A DNA stretch of 64,000 nucleotides from Octopus vulgaris. Lineage: Eukaryota. The notes below the pieces were generated by a model. It saw nothing but the letters and a program-made list of their open reading frames with translations. It was not told the origin of the DNA and did not search any database. The position numbers and the translations under genes are program-made. Shown here one piece after another: positions 13,613 through 27,428 of the stretch. Positions within the stretch are counted from its first letter, which is position 1, and each line of letters opens with the position of its first letter. The stretch spans positions 191,704,001 to 191,768,000 of the forward strand of contig OX597814.1 in the NCBI GenBank assembly GCA_951406725.2. Reading direction: 5' to 3'.

Positions 13613-15226
13613 TATTTGTATGTACGTGTGTATATATGTATATGTACATATATATATGAGTGTGCATGCTTTATAGTTTTCTTTCTGTTGGTTTTGAGGA
13701 AGAGCTGGGCCCAGCGCCTTTGTAAGCCTTTCAATTCTCATGGGAGATTGGTGTTGTTCACAATCTGCTTGAACCGTTGTAAGTCAATGACAGCAAGAAG
13801 GATGACATTGTGAAATGAAAGCATTGGTGATGGTGTTAGTGAATGTTGTATCTCATGGGAAGGTTAGTATCTTTTGGACACTCTTGGACAGATACTTTCA
13901 AATTAGACTGGTATGGTACAATCAATATCTTCTGTCGCAACATGGAAGTTCAGAAACCTCATCATCTTGTTGGATAGATATGTATTAGCTGTCTTTTGTT
14001 TCTGAACAGCAAAGATGTAATCTTTTAGGTGACATGTGATGCATCTATCACAAATGCTGAAGAGGTAGCTATTCTTATTGACATTTTTGGTATTCTCTTA
14101 GTTGCAGGATACGTAACCATGCATAATTTTCTGCTGCTTTGATGCCTTTCTTTTCAATGTTTCTCAGTCCAGCTACCTTTGGTTCACAAGAAACAGCTGA
14201 ACACTCAGAATAGCTATTCGGGAATTCTTTGCTTAATCTCTTAATCTGAAGTTGTCAATACATTTACTGTTGGGTAATATATGTGATAGTGGAGGCACAT
14301 AGCTTAGTGGTTAGGGTGTCAGCATCATGATCGTAAGATTGTGGTTTGGAGGAGTGGTTGGCGTTAGGAAGGGCATCCAGCTGTAGAAACTCTGCCAGAT
14401 CAGATTGGAGTCTAGTGCAGCCATCTAGTTTGCCAGACCTCAGTCAAATCGTCCAAACCATGCTAGCAGGGAAAGCGGACGTTAAACAATGATGATGTAT
14501 GTATGTGTGTATGTATGTATGTATGTATAAATGTATGATGATGATGATGATGATGATGATGATCATCATCATCATCACCACTTAATGTTTGTTCTCCATG
14601 CTGGCATGGGTCGGACGGTTTGACAGGAGCTAGCAAGGCCAGGGGCTGCACCAGGTTTCATAATCTGTCTTGGCCTGGTTTCTACAGCTGGATGCCATTC
14701 CTAATGCCAACCACTTCACAGAGAGTACTGGGTGCTCTTTATGTGGCGACATCGCTAGTGCCCTTTCACATGTCACCAGCACACTTTATGTCGAATCATG
14801 GTTCATGTGTGTGTGTGTGTTTATGTATGTATATATGTAATACACCTGTTTGTTGTTTATACACCTGTCTTCGTCTTTTGTTTTTCTGTAAATTTCAACT
14901 ATGTATGTATGTATGTATGTATGTGCATGTGTATGTAAGTATGTATGTGTGTGTGGTGCTTGTTGTGTGTATATGTATGTATGTATGTATGTATGTATAT
15001 ATGTATGTATATATGTATGTATATATGTATGTATGTATGTATGTATATATGTATGTATATATGTATGTATGTATGTATGTATGTTATGTATGTATATATG
15101 TAATACACCTGTTTGTTGTTTATACACCTGTCTTCGTCTTGTTTTTCTGTAAATTTCAACTATGTATGTATGTATGTATGTATGTATGTATGTATGTATG
15201 TATGTTATGTATGTATGTTATGTATG

Positions 15227-15260
<34 letters not shown>

Positions 15261-15359
15261 TGTGTGTGTGTGTATGTATGTATGTATATATGTATGTTAT
15301 GTATGTATATATATATATATATGTATACACATGCATGTCCCTCATACTCAGTTGAGTTA

Positions 15360-15620
15360 AGCAGTCTCTTTCTTTGTCCCCAAATCCTAACTTTCCAAGA
15401 CTGTCACTTAGACATTTACCAACACAACCACCAATAATTATTGGTATAAAAGTGAATTTCTAATGAGGGTACAGGAGCTGCAGGTTTTGAAGCAGTTATC
15501 CATATGTATTCTCCTTCTTGCAGATTTCGGTTGAGATATTCATATCTGCAGGGCAGCTGACCTCTGTGGCTGGACATGACTTTCCTTTCTTTTCCCAAAT
15601 AACTATCAAACCTATTAGCA
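15360..15620 (-). mobile_element. REL-endonuclease LINE remnant
   Basis: Minus strand IVIWEKKGKSC..EVSCPADMNI...KKENTYG*LLQNLQLLYP..KFTFIPIIIG. Confidence 0.7.
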
Positions 15621-16089
15621 GTTGGCAAAAGTTTTCGTGTGAATATTTTGTATAAGTGTATGTATGTATGTATATGGGTGTGTATGTTCATATGTTCGTA
15701 TGTATGTATGTATGTATGTATGTATGTATATGTGCAGATTTGTATGTTTTGTTTTATGTGTGTATTCTCATGCATACAGTTGCATATCTAGACATGCTCA
15801 CATATATATATTTAAATGATAAACTGCTGGAAAGTTTTACAGATTTTTACAGTTCCAAATGTATGTATATATGTATGTATGTATGTATGTATGGATGGAT
15901 TGATAGATGTATATATGGATGTATGTATCCATGGATGTATGCATGAATATATGTATGTATACATGTTATATATGCATGTGCATAAATATAGAAGAAGAAG
16001 AAGAAGAAGAAGAAGAAGAAGAAGAAGAAGAAGAAGAAGAAGAAGAAGAAGAAGAAGAAGAAGAAGAAGAAGAAGAAGAAGAAGAAGGC

Positions 16090-16410
16090 GTACTCTGTCA
16101 GTTATGACGATGAAGGTCCCAGCTGATACAACCAATGGAACATCTTGTTCATGAAATGAACGTGGAAGTCGCTGAGCACTCCACAGACACATGTACCCTT
16201 AACGTAGTTCTGAAGGGGATTCAGCATGACACAGAGTGTAACAAGACTGGCCTTTTGAAATACAGGTACAACTCATTTTTGCCAACTGAGTGGACTGGAG
16301 CAATGTGAAATAAAGTGTTTTGCTCAAAGACACAATGCACGGCCGGGAATTGAACTCACGACCTTACGATCATGAGTGGGATGCCCTAACCACTAAGCCA
16401 TGTGCCTTCA
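16090..16410 (-). mobile_element. tRNA-derived SINE family D (others at ~18610-19165 -, 46640-46850 -)
   Basis: Minus-strand head TGGCTTAGTGGTTAGGG...GAGTTCAATTCC; body TTGAGCAAAACACTTTATTTCAC. Confidence 0.75.
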
Positions 16411-17897
16411 TGGTATAAATATAAGTGTACATATGTATGTATAATATTTCAAGAACTGGCTTATATATTGCTGTGCATTTGTGTCTAAATATGTAAGTAT
16501 GTATGCACACATGTATGTCCCTATATATGAATGTGTACATGTATGTATGTGTAAACATATATATATATATTTGAATGTATGCATTTATATATGTATATAT
16601 GTGTTTATGTATGCATTCATGTATTTATTTAAATATTAATAGATGTGCAGTTGTATATAAATAGACACGCCAGTTCTCATAATAATTTATGCATAAGTTA
16701 ACCATTTTCATATAAGCACCAGCTTATATGAAAATGGTTAACTTGGTTATTTTAGAAGCCAAATTTTTTTGGAAAAATAACCCACAAAATTTCCTGCTGT
16801 CTGCAGAGTTGGAATCACATGTTCTGTTTCTTAAACCTTCCAACTCATCATCACCATCATCATCGTTTAATGTCTGCCTTCCATGCTGGCATGGGTGGGA
16901 CGGTTTGATAAGAGCCAGCCAGGCAGAAGCCTGCACCAGACTTCTGTAACAGTTTTGGTAGGAATTTTACAGCTGGATGCTCTTACTAACACCAACTATC
17001 CATCAGAGTGGACTCAGTACTTTTTAAGTGGCAAAAGCACAGGCAAGGTCAGTTTTGGCAAGGTTTTTACAGCTGGATGCCCTTTCAAATGCCAACCACT
17101 TTACAGTGTGGACTGGGTGCTTTTTTATTCGGTACTACTCTGACAGGGTCACTGAGTACTTGCAAGACCTCAAAAACAAAATCTATTTTGAGAGAGGAGG
17201 GGGCATTGGAGGAGGTGATCTTGTGTCGGATGATGAAAGGTTATAGAGAGACAGAGAGACAGAAACAGGTGTTTAATGTAGAGAAGGTGTTTAATGTAGA
17301 GGGAGGGAGGGAGAGAGAGAGAGAGATCAGGAATGAAGACAGATTCCTAATTATTCTTTAAATTCCAATTCCAAAGATCTGTATATCAGGATCATAGCCC
17401 TGGTTTCTGAAAGCAGCTTTGTAAATGATCCCTTTGAAGTCATGTAAGATAGACATATAGAGATCCCTTACTTGGAAAAAAATATGGGTTGGCATCAGGA
17501 AGGGCATCTGATTGTAAAACAATATCTCAATGATATATTCATGTCTGACCCAAAGGTTCTCAACCAGAGTCCCCATGACTCTTGAGGGTCCATATAAGAT
17601 TTTGCTGTTAGAATTTATGTACAAAAAATCAGTTATACTTCTACAATACACAAAATATTTCAATGATATTTCATCCAATTTCAAATAATATTTAACATGT
17701 TAACCACCATGGCCAGTTACTGGCTGTTGTGCAAAGTTAAGCAGGGAAACTCCAGTGACATGTGTAACAGTTAAAGTGTTAATCATAAAATATAATGGGA
17801 ATTTTTAAAACTTCAAATGGCTATGAGGGTCCACCTGAGTAAAACAGGAATCAAAGGACCACTGACCTAATCCATGTTAGCATGGGAAAATGGGGGC

Positions 17898-18310
17898 TAA
17901 TGCAGAATCGTACCTCTCTTTGATAAATGCCTTTTTTTTTTAAAACATTTTTTCAGATTCCTACATTTTTGATGTTGGAGATGACGAATATCCTAGAAAA
18001 AAAAACCACCTTTTCAAATTTACCCCTGTCCAAATTTTAAATTTTGAACTTTTTTTGAAATTTCTTTTTTTTAAACCACCTTTTCCAAATTTAAAATCCT
18101 CATGTCAGTCACCCCTACCTCCAAACTATAAATTTTTCAAATTTCAAAATTAAGTTCGAAATTTAAAATGGAAGTGTGGGTGGGTGGTGGGGTTGAAAAG
18201 GTGCTTTTTTTTTTCTTTGGCATATTTGTAATCTCTGACGTCTAAAACATAGGAATCTGAAAAATTCTTTCAAAAAATGCATTTTACAAGGAGAGGTATG
18301 ATCTGCATTA
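17898..18310. mobile_element. MITE with ~120 bp imperfect TIRs
   Basis: TAATGCAGAATCGTACCTCTC ... GAGAGGTATGATCTGCATTA; pairing extends through TTCAGATTCCTA/TAGGAATCTGAA. Confidence 0.75.
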
Positions 18311-21079
18311 ATCCAGAATAATGGATAAAAAACAAACAACACACACACATACACGCATGCATGGATGCATACACAAGCATATATATATAAATCAGTGGCA
18401 AATGGCAAATTTAAGAACAAAAACAAGAAAAGGGTGTATACAGTGAATATAATAGTTTGGTGCTCAGTGAAGGTTTTGGGTGGAAAATTAAGAGTAACAA
18501 GAGCACTCAGAGAGTGTAAACCTCCGCCAAGGCAACACCAACATCCTCCTCTCAATGATTAGCAAGAGAGGATTTTTAAAATGAGAATATCTGAAATAAA
18601 CTTGACTGTTCTCACAAATGAGAGTAATCTGCAAGTGGCTGAGTACTCCACACACATATGTGTCTTTAATGTGACAGGGCTGGCCCTTTGAATTACAGGT
18701 ACTGTTCATTTTTGCCAGCTGAGTTGACTGGAACAATGTGAAATGAAGTGTCTTGCTCAAGGTGACAATGTGCTGCTGGGGATTGAACTGATTGAACTTG
18801 TGACCTCACAATCGTGAGTCAAATGCCTGAACCACTAAACCATGCATGTTCATAACAGCAATAACAACAATAATACTCTGTCAGTTATGACAATGAATGT
18901 TCCAGTTGACCCAATCAACAGAACAGCCTGCTCATGAAATAAACCTGCAAGTGGCTGAGTACTCCACAGACATGTGTACCCTTTAATGTAGTTCTCTGGG
19001 AGGCTCACAGAATGTGACAGGGCTGGCCCTTTGAATTACGGGTACAACTCATTTTTACGAGTTGAGTGGACTGGAGTAGCATGAAGTTAAGTGTCTTGCT
19101 CAAGGTCACAATGTGCTGCTGTGAATCGAACTTGTGACCTTACGATTGTGAATCAAATACCCTAACAATAATAACAACAACAACAACTGCAAGGGCTAAA
19201 GCAACAACAACTTCAACAGCAGCAACAGCCGTTCAAGAATTTGGACCTGGGCCACCTCCCAGTGGTGTCGGGCATCAACGAAGAGCCCTCGACTACAACA
19301 AGATGACTAAAGTTTTTTTTTTTCTCAAGGTCTGGGGTGGGGTCTCCTGCCCCTAAGCCCTAGACCATCACCTAATCACCCTTACCCGTCTTGTTGCTTA
19401 GCAACAACAACCACAACAGCAGCAACAACAGTGATAACAACAGCAATTATGGCAACAACATTTACTGCAGCTGCAGCAGCAATGACAACAATAACAAGAG
19501 CCAGAGCAACAACAACAACAACCACTATAATATCGACTACAACAACAACAACCACCACTATGATAATGACTACAACAAAAATGACAGCAATAATGATTGC
19601 AGCAGCAGGAATAATAACAAATAATAACAACAGGAATACTCTCTTTACTCTTTTACTTGTTTCAGTCATTTGACTGCAGCCATGCTGGAGCACCGCCTTT
19701 AGTCGAGCAAATTGACCCCAGGACTTATCCTTTGTAAGCTCAGTACTTATTCTATCGGTTGCTTTTGCCAAACCGCTAAGTGACGGCAACGTAAACACAC
19801 CAGCATCGGTTGTCAAGCAAACACAGACACACAAACATACACACACACATATATATATATACATATATACGACGGGCTTCTTTCAGTTTCCATCTACCAA
19901 ATCCACTCACAAGGCTTTGGTCGGCCCGAGGCTATAACAGAAGATACTTGCCCAAGATGCCACGCAGTGGGACTGAACCCGGAACCATATAGTTGGTAAG
20001 CAAGCTACTTACCACACAGCCATTCCTGCGCCTATATATAATAACAATTAATAACAACAGGAATAATAACAAATAATAACAACAGAAAATAATAACAAAT
20101 AATAACAACAGGAATAGCAAATGGATATGACAGCAACAACAATTACAACAACAACCACAACAAAATCACCATTGACAATTGCAACAACAACAACAAATAA
20201 TGACCAAAAAAAATTAAAATAAAATAAAAGAACCCCACATGAATGGTAAAGAGTTAATGTATTTACTGAGTTATGGCAATAACAATATGATATCAATTTA
20301 GTTCTACTAACCTACCGAATAGAAAGACCGAATGAAGAAAGAAAGAGAAGAAAAAAAAAGAAAAAAGAAAGAAAGGAAACGTCTGCTTGTGTTATAGACA
20401 TTGATTAGAACATTAACCTTATTTATGCGCGTGCGTGTGTGTGTGGGTGTAAGTGTGTGTGTGTGTGTGTGTAAGTGTGTGTGCATCTGATATTTACGTT
20501 AGTTCTCCATCTGTATATTTTCCAAGAATCTGAAAAAAACCTTGTACACATTTGTATATAAACACAGGCACATGAAACATATAAATACAAAATCACGTTT
20601 TTGTGCGTGTGTGTTTGCGTGTGTCTGTGTGTGGGTGTATGTATGTGTGTGTAAGTGTGTGCCTATATAACTATATATGTGTATATATATATGGATGTAG
20701 TGGAAGTACAATGGCCCTGTGGTTAGGGCAGTGAACTCGCAGTCACTGGTTTGCGGCTTTGATTCCCAGAGCAGGTGTTGTGAGTGTTTATTGAGCGAAA
20801 ACACCTAAAGCTCCACAAGGCTCCAGCAGGGGGTGGTGGCGAACCCTGCTGTACTCTTTCACCAAGATTTTCTCTCACTCTTTCTTCCTGTTTCTGCTGT
20901 ACCTGTATTTCAAAGGGCCAGCCTTGTTACACTCTGTGTCACGCTGAATCTCCCCGAGAACTATGTTAGGGGTACACGTGACTGTGGAGTGCTCAGCCAC
21001 TTGCACGTTAATTTCACTAGCAAGCTGTTCTGTTGATTGGATCAACTGGAACTCTCGTCATCATAACTGATGGAGTGCC

Positions 21080-21334
<255 letters not shown>

Positions 21335-21582
21335 TTGCTCCAGTCCACTCAGCTGGCAAAAATGAGTAACGCTGCGATGGAGTGACGTCCTATCCAGCTG
21401 GGGAACACATGCCATAGAAACCGGAAAACCGGGCCCATGAACCTGGCTAGGCTTTAAAAGAGTGCATTTATTTGTATCTTATATATATACACATACACAC
21501 AAAATACACACATATATATATACATAAACATATCTATCTTTCTATCCCTCTATCCATGTATCAATCTACATACATATATACA

Positions 21583-22059
21583 TAGGAGAATTTGTTTTGG
21601 AGCTTGAAAATGCACCTGAATCTGAAAAACATGTAGCCGTTTTTAAATAGATTTAATTACATACCAAACTAGTTTTGACGACATTTTGCTTATCAATAGT
21701 ATAAATATATATGGAAAAAGAGGAATTTTTGGAGTTTAAAATTACAAGGTAAAAATTGGACAAACATATTCAAACTATCAAGTGTTCAAATGTTCACAGA
21801 AATTTCAATGAGTTTCACAGGGAGAGATAATATTGACGTAAATGAACATTTGAACACTCAATGGTTTGAACATGTTTGTCCAATTTTTACCTTGTAATTT
21901 TAAAATATCCTAAACCCTACTTTTTCCATATATATTTGTACCATTGATAAGCAAAGAAGTTGTTGAAACTAGTTTGGTATGTGAATAAATCTATTTAAAA
22001 ATGATTACCTGTTATTTAGATTCAGGTTCATTTTCAAAACCCAAAACAAAATTCTCTTA
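21583..22059. repeat. Long foldback element (~225 bp arms) with a hammerhead-like motif in each arm
   Basis: Arms are reverse complements (e.g. AAAATTACAAGGTAAAAATTGGACAAACAT / ATGTTTGTCCAATTTTTACCTTGTAATTTT). Confidence 0.85.
21939..21979 (+). ncRNA. Minimal type-I hammerhead ribozyme motif, U3:A8 core variant
   Basis: TACCA-TTGATAA-GCAA AGAAG TTGT T-GAAA-CTAG-TT-TGGTA: stem I TACCA/TGGTA, stem II, palindromic ACTAGT stem III, GUU triplet. Confidence 0.55.
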
Positions 22060-22161
22060 CATTTTTTTCAAAAAGGACTTCTTCTTTCGATATATATATA
22101 TATATATATATATATTCTCTTCTTTATTTTTCTTGTTTCAGTCATTTGACTGTGGCCATGC

Positions 22162-22461
22162 TGGAGCAATATCTGGTGAATATGGAGGGTGGGGTAACAC
22201 ATCCCAGCCGAGCTGCAGCAATTTTTGTCTGGTTCCTAAAGCATCAAATGCCGAAAATGAACTTTCTTATCTTCCATTTTAAAGGGTTACAGAATTAACA
22301 CAGGTTATAGGAACATAAACCTTCTTCCACGAAAAGATAGCCTAAACTGTGCTCTAAATGGAGGTGTAGTCAAATCCTATTTTATGGACTCAACCATGTT
22401 CTAAAACATGTTGAAATGTAAGCTACTATAAATCGGCATGAACTTTCCGGACAACCCAATA
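22162..22461 (-). mobile_element. Internally deleted mariner transposon
   Basis: Minus strand TA-TTGGGTTGTCCGGAAAGTT TIR, start MEDKKVHFRHLML, joined to GTRQKLLQLGWDVLPHPPYSPDIAP (YSPDLAP motif). Confidence 0.88.
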
Positions 22462-23766
22462 CAAAACACTAATGCTTCTGCTATGTAAAAAGCACCTAGT
22501 GCACTCTGTAAAACAGTTGGTGTTGGGAAGGGCATCCAGCCATAGAAACCATTCCAAAACAGACAACTGAAGTCTGGAGCAGCTCTCTGGTTGGCCAGCT
22601 CCTGTCAAATCACCCAACCCATGTCTGCATGGAAAACGGATATTAAATGTTGATGATAATGTTGATGATGATGATGGTGATGATGAACGCTTAAAAAAAA
22701 AATACCAATAATATGAAACAGAAAATTCTTTGAAATTTTATCTTTGTACTAAAGTATTCATTAGACATTGAACTAGCATTAGCAGAAGAGTAAGTGGAAT
22801 ATTTCAGTTCAGGAATGAAAAGCTTTCTGAATATGTACAAAATGTAGATAATTTGTGAATTAAGAAGTTAATCTAAATATTCATTTATAAACAGATAAAG
22901 GAGTGCTTACAAGTGAAGTGTATGTGGGCTGATTGAGATAAACGTTTTGCTGTGTACCAGGGTTTATGAAAGGGTGTTTTGTTTTAAAACTACTTTTTTT
23001 TTTCTGTTGCATCTATATTTTATCTTTTACTTGTTTCAGTGATTGGACCATGACTAAGCTGGTGGCCATGCTGGGGCACTGCCTTGAAGTGATTTTGTAA
23101 AATAAATTGACCCCGGTACTTAATTTTTGATTTACGTCTGGTGGTGGTGTGAAACAAACACAAACACAAAGGTACACAGTTGGACACACACACACATATT
23201 TTATATATATAAACATACATGCACACGCATGCATACATACATGCAAACACACACATACATATACACTTACATAAAACAAGGCTATTGTTGACAGTGACTT
23301 CAAAGTTTTGGTCAGTTAAATCATTGTCTTCAACACTACTTTCACTTATGTAGGCGTAGGAGTGGCTGTGTGTAAGTAGCTTGCTTCTGAACCACATGGT
23401 TCTGGGTTCAGTCCCACAGCATGGCACCTTGGGCAAGTGTCTTCTACTATAGCCTCGGGCCGACCAAAGCCTTGTGAGTGGATTTGGTAGACGGAAGCTG
23501 AAAGAAGCCCATCGTATATGTGTGTGTGTGTGTGAGTGTGTGTGTGTATGTGAGTATATACGTTTGTGTGTCTGTGTTTGTCCCCCCCAACATCGTTTGA
23601 CAACTGATGCCGGTGTGTTTACGTCCTTGTAACTTAGCGGTTCAGTGGAAAAGAGAGCGATAGAATAAGTACTAGGCTTGCAAAGAATAAGACCTGGGGT
23701 TGATTTGCTTGACTAAAGGTGGTGTTCCAGCATGGCCACAGTGAAATGACTGAAACAAGTAAAAGG

Positions 23767-23865
<99 letters not shown>

Positions 23866-26169
23866 GATTGGTAGATAGATAAATATGTACATATAAATGT
23901 ATATATGGATGCATGCATATGCATACATATGTGTGTGTTTGTTGTTTAGCCCCAGGGTAGGCCACTTAATTAAGCAGGCTCTAATCAATGTGCTATTTTC
24001 ACTGCTATTATTTTTAACCAAATTTTTGGTTTTACACTGTCTGAATGTGATGTTTTTCACGCCAACTTCTAACAAGTCAAGAAGTCACATAGAAGTTCCC
24101 TTATTGGTTTATATATATATATATACATATATATGTGTGTGTATATGTGCATATGCAGAGTGCGTGGGATATATTGGCATTTGGTAGTTATAAGAGGAGA
24201 TTTGTATGTGGTGTTGACAATAAATAAATAAATAAATACATGAATGAAACTATGTCAATAGCCACACACACAAACACATACTCATGTTGCAACAAATAAG
24301 ATTAATAGAATGTTACATTCTGTAATTCTTGGTCTCTTTCATCAAAGTTTATTTTATTTACCTGATATCCGATTTCAACAACCATCAAAGATCTTTAACA
24401 TCAATTCCTTTAGTTCTTATTTATGCTTAAACCCTTTCATATAAGCATTATATGAAAGCATTTATGCTTAAACCCTTTCATATGCCATTCATTACCAAAA
24501 TAACTCTGTATTGTGGTTTCATTTACACATTTCTCTCAGTAGCTGACCTACTCTATTTAAAGGGATCTAGTTAAAGATCAGGCTCAGAAATGTTTCCTAA
24601 ATAATTGCCACACTTAAGAAGATCATGAAACAACAGGCTCTTGGAAGGCAGCCAGCAACTTCCTCTTTTATTCATTCACACTTAAACACTGAACTTATTA
24701 ATTGCAGTTGTTCTGTTAAATCTTGCTCAACATTCCGTTAATTATACTACCCTGTTGATACATATATAACATTGTTCATCATCGGGTGAGACAATAAAAC
24801 AGTAAGACATAAGTTAATTCTAGTAAGCAATATTGTTAACATCTGTTTTAGGTTTCTCGCCTGTTCACTCAAAAAGCCAAGGAAAACCATAAAGAATCCT
24901 ACATGAAATTATGATTATGAAATAATCTTTATAGATCTTACCTTCAGAACTTCATTTGATCAACCAAATGATGTAATTTTGAGCCATCAGTTGATGCACA
25001 GCTTTGAGCCATCAATTGATGCAACCTGCATAGTTACTTTTGATCCTCCGAAAGTTAAAACCTGCATAATTATAAACCACTGGATAATTTTAATTGCTCA
25101 GTTTTAGTTATTTTCAATTAAATCTCAAGAGAAATGTTTGTTATTTTCTTCTCCGGGTAACTCCTCTTTGCAGTAACTTCACCATTAGTTTTCCTGTCAT
25201 AATCCTTTCTACTTAAGGGACAAGGCCTGAAATTTTGGGGGAGGGGACTAGTTGATTACATCAATCCCAGTATTTCACTTGTGCTTAATTTATCTGTTTC
25301 TTTATTACCCACAAGGGGCTAAACATAGAGGGGACAAACAAGGACAGACAAACGGATAAAGTTGATTACATCGAACCCAGTGTGTAACTGGTACTTAATT
25401 TATCGACCCCGAAAGGATGAAAGGCAAAGTCGACCTCGGCGGAATTTGAACTCAGAACGTAATGGCAGACGAAATACGGCTAAGCATTTTGCCTGGTGTG
25501 CTAATGTTTCTGCCAGCTCACTGCCTTTAAACAGGGGTAGCCCTCCTCCTCTTCATCATCATCATTGATGAGGATGTACCTGTGGAGCTGAGAGAAAGAA
25601 TCAAAATTGTGTGCAAATTTATCTCCAGTTGATTTGCTTGAATGAAACAAATTAAAAATGAAGTGGTTATGAGACATTTTCTTCTAATTATGAAATATAT
25701 TACCAACTGTACAATGAAAATATTCTAATCAAACATAGATTAATTGTCGATTCTACCAAGCTTCATTTATCTTTTCAAAATACTTAGGTACAGGTGTGAC
25801 TGTGTGGTTAAGAGATTTGCTTTGCATCCATGTGGTTTTATGTTCAATCTCACAGCATGGCACCTGAGCAGGTGTCTTCTGCTATAGCCCCAGGCCTTGA
25901 GAATGTATTTGGTAAATGGAAGCAGAAAGAAGTCCATTGTAGTAAGAGGTTTCCTTCCCAACCACATACTTCCAGTATCAGTTTCAGTATGTGGAACCCT
26001 GGGCAAGTGTTTTCTGCAAGAGCCAATATTCCTTGTGAATGGATTTGGTTTGCAGAAACTGAAAGAAACTCATCATGTGTGTGGGCATGCATACGTGCAT
26101 GCGTGTTTGCATGCAGTCATTAGACTGCAGCAAGCAAAAGATAAAAGAAAAAAGATATATAACTTTGAT

Positions 26170-26490
26170 TAAAAAAACACCTACAGAGGTGCCTGACCCA
26201 GGATTTCAAGGTGTCCATCAGAGCTGCTCAATGGATTAGAGGTAGTTTCAGAAACATGGAGGCCCTCCTTATCAACAAACTGAAACCAGCTATAAGTAAT
26301 AGAAAAGAGCTACATGAAGCAGATTGGTTACTATAGCAACACCAGTCTGTGCATGTCACCTTCCGCCCCAACATATCTGAGCAATGACCTTTTTCCATCC
26401 CTCACTTGTCCACTTATCCTGAGGAATGGGTCATAACTCTGAAATAGAGAAATATAAGGTAAAAATCCAACACTGTTTTCTTTTCTTTTT
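26170..26490 (+). mobile_element. Penelope-like element 3' remnant (GIY-YIG C-terminus and terminal region)
   Basis: MEALLINKLKPAISNRKE resembles the E-A-L-x-I-x-x-x-K-P-x-L-N end of PLE GIY-YIG endonucleases. A degenerate CTGAGGA...GAAA motif follows at ~26418-26444. Confidence 0.55.
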
Positions 26491-26687
26491 GGATATATGT
26501 ATGTATATATATATGTACATATGTATACTCTTTACTCCCTTTACTCTTTTACTTGTTTCAGTCATTTGACTGCGGCCATGCTGGAGCACCACCTTTAGTT
26601 GAGCAAATCAACCCCAGGACTTATTCTTTGTAGGCCTAGTACTTATTCTACACCACCATCGGTTGTCAAACACAGACACAAAAACGT

Positions 26688-26724
<37 letters not shown>

Positions 26725-27383
26725 CGATGGGATTCTTTCAGTTTCTGTCAACCAAATCCACTCACAAGGCTTTGGTCAGCCCGAGGCTTTAGTAGAAGAC
26801 ACTTGCCCAAGGTGCCACACAGGGGGAATGAACCTGGAACCATGTGGTTGGTAAGCAAGCTACTTACCACACAGCCACTCCTGTGCCTATGTATAATACT
26901 ATAAGTTTAGTCTCATAACAGTTAATTTATGTCACCAAATGGTTTTATGCTGAACAGCTTTCCAATTGTAGAAAGCTAAATCGGCATTCAATGAACATGG
27001 CTGACCTCTCCATATTTGTAAGTTTCTTCAATATGAAACCATTTGGTAAAATAAATGAGCTGTTATGAGGCTAAATTTCTATAATATCATATAATATACC
27101 TATTCAAATATTTAATATACAAATACCTGATTTGTTTTTTTTTTCTTGACTTATGAAAACTTAACAGAAAAACCATATGTAAATATATAAATGCATAAAT
27201 ATATAACTGAGTTTGTATGATTGTGTATGAAACAATATATTACTCAATGAAATTCTAACACAGTCTGATTTTCACATTTTATTATTTACAATTTTTACAG
27301 TTTTACAATATTATGATAATAGCAAATTATGTTTATTGTGATAAAACTAGTACTTTCATGCATTACACAATCATCAGGTCTAT

Positions 27384-27428
<45 letters not shown>

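Noticed and set aside
24937-25195. Possible minus-strand exon ending at a GGTAAG donor
   Set aside because: All three frames contain stops and no protein similarity was recognised; a non-coding exon cannot be supported without RNA data.
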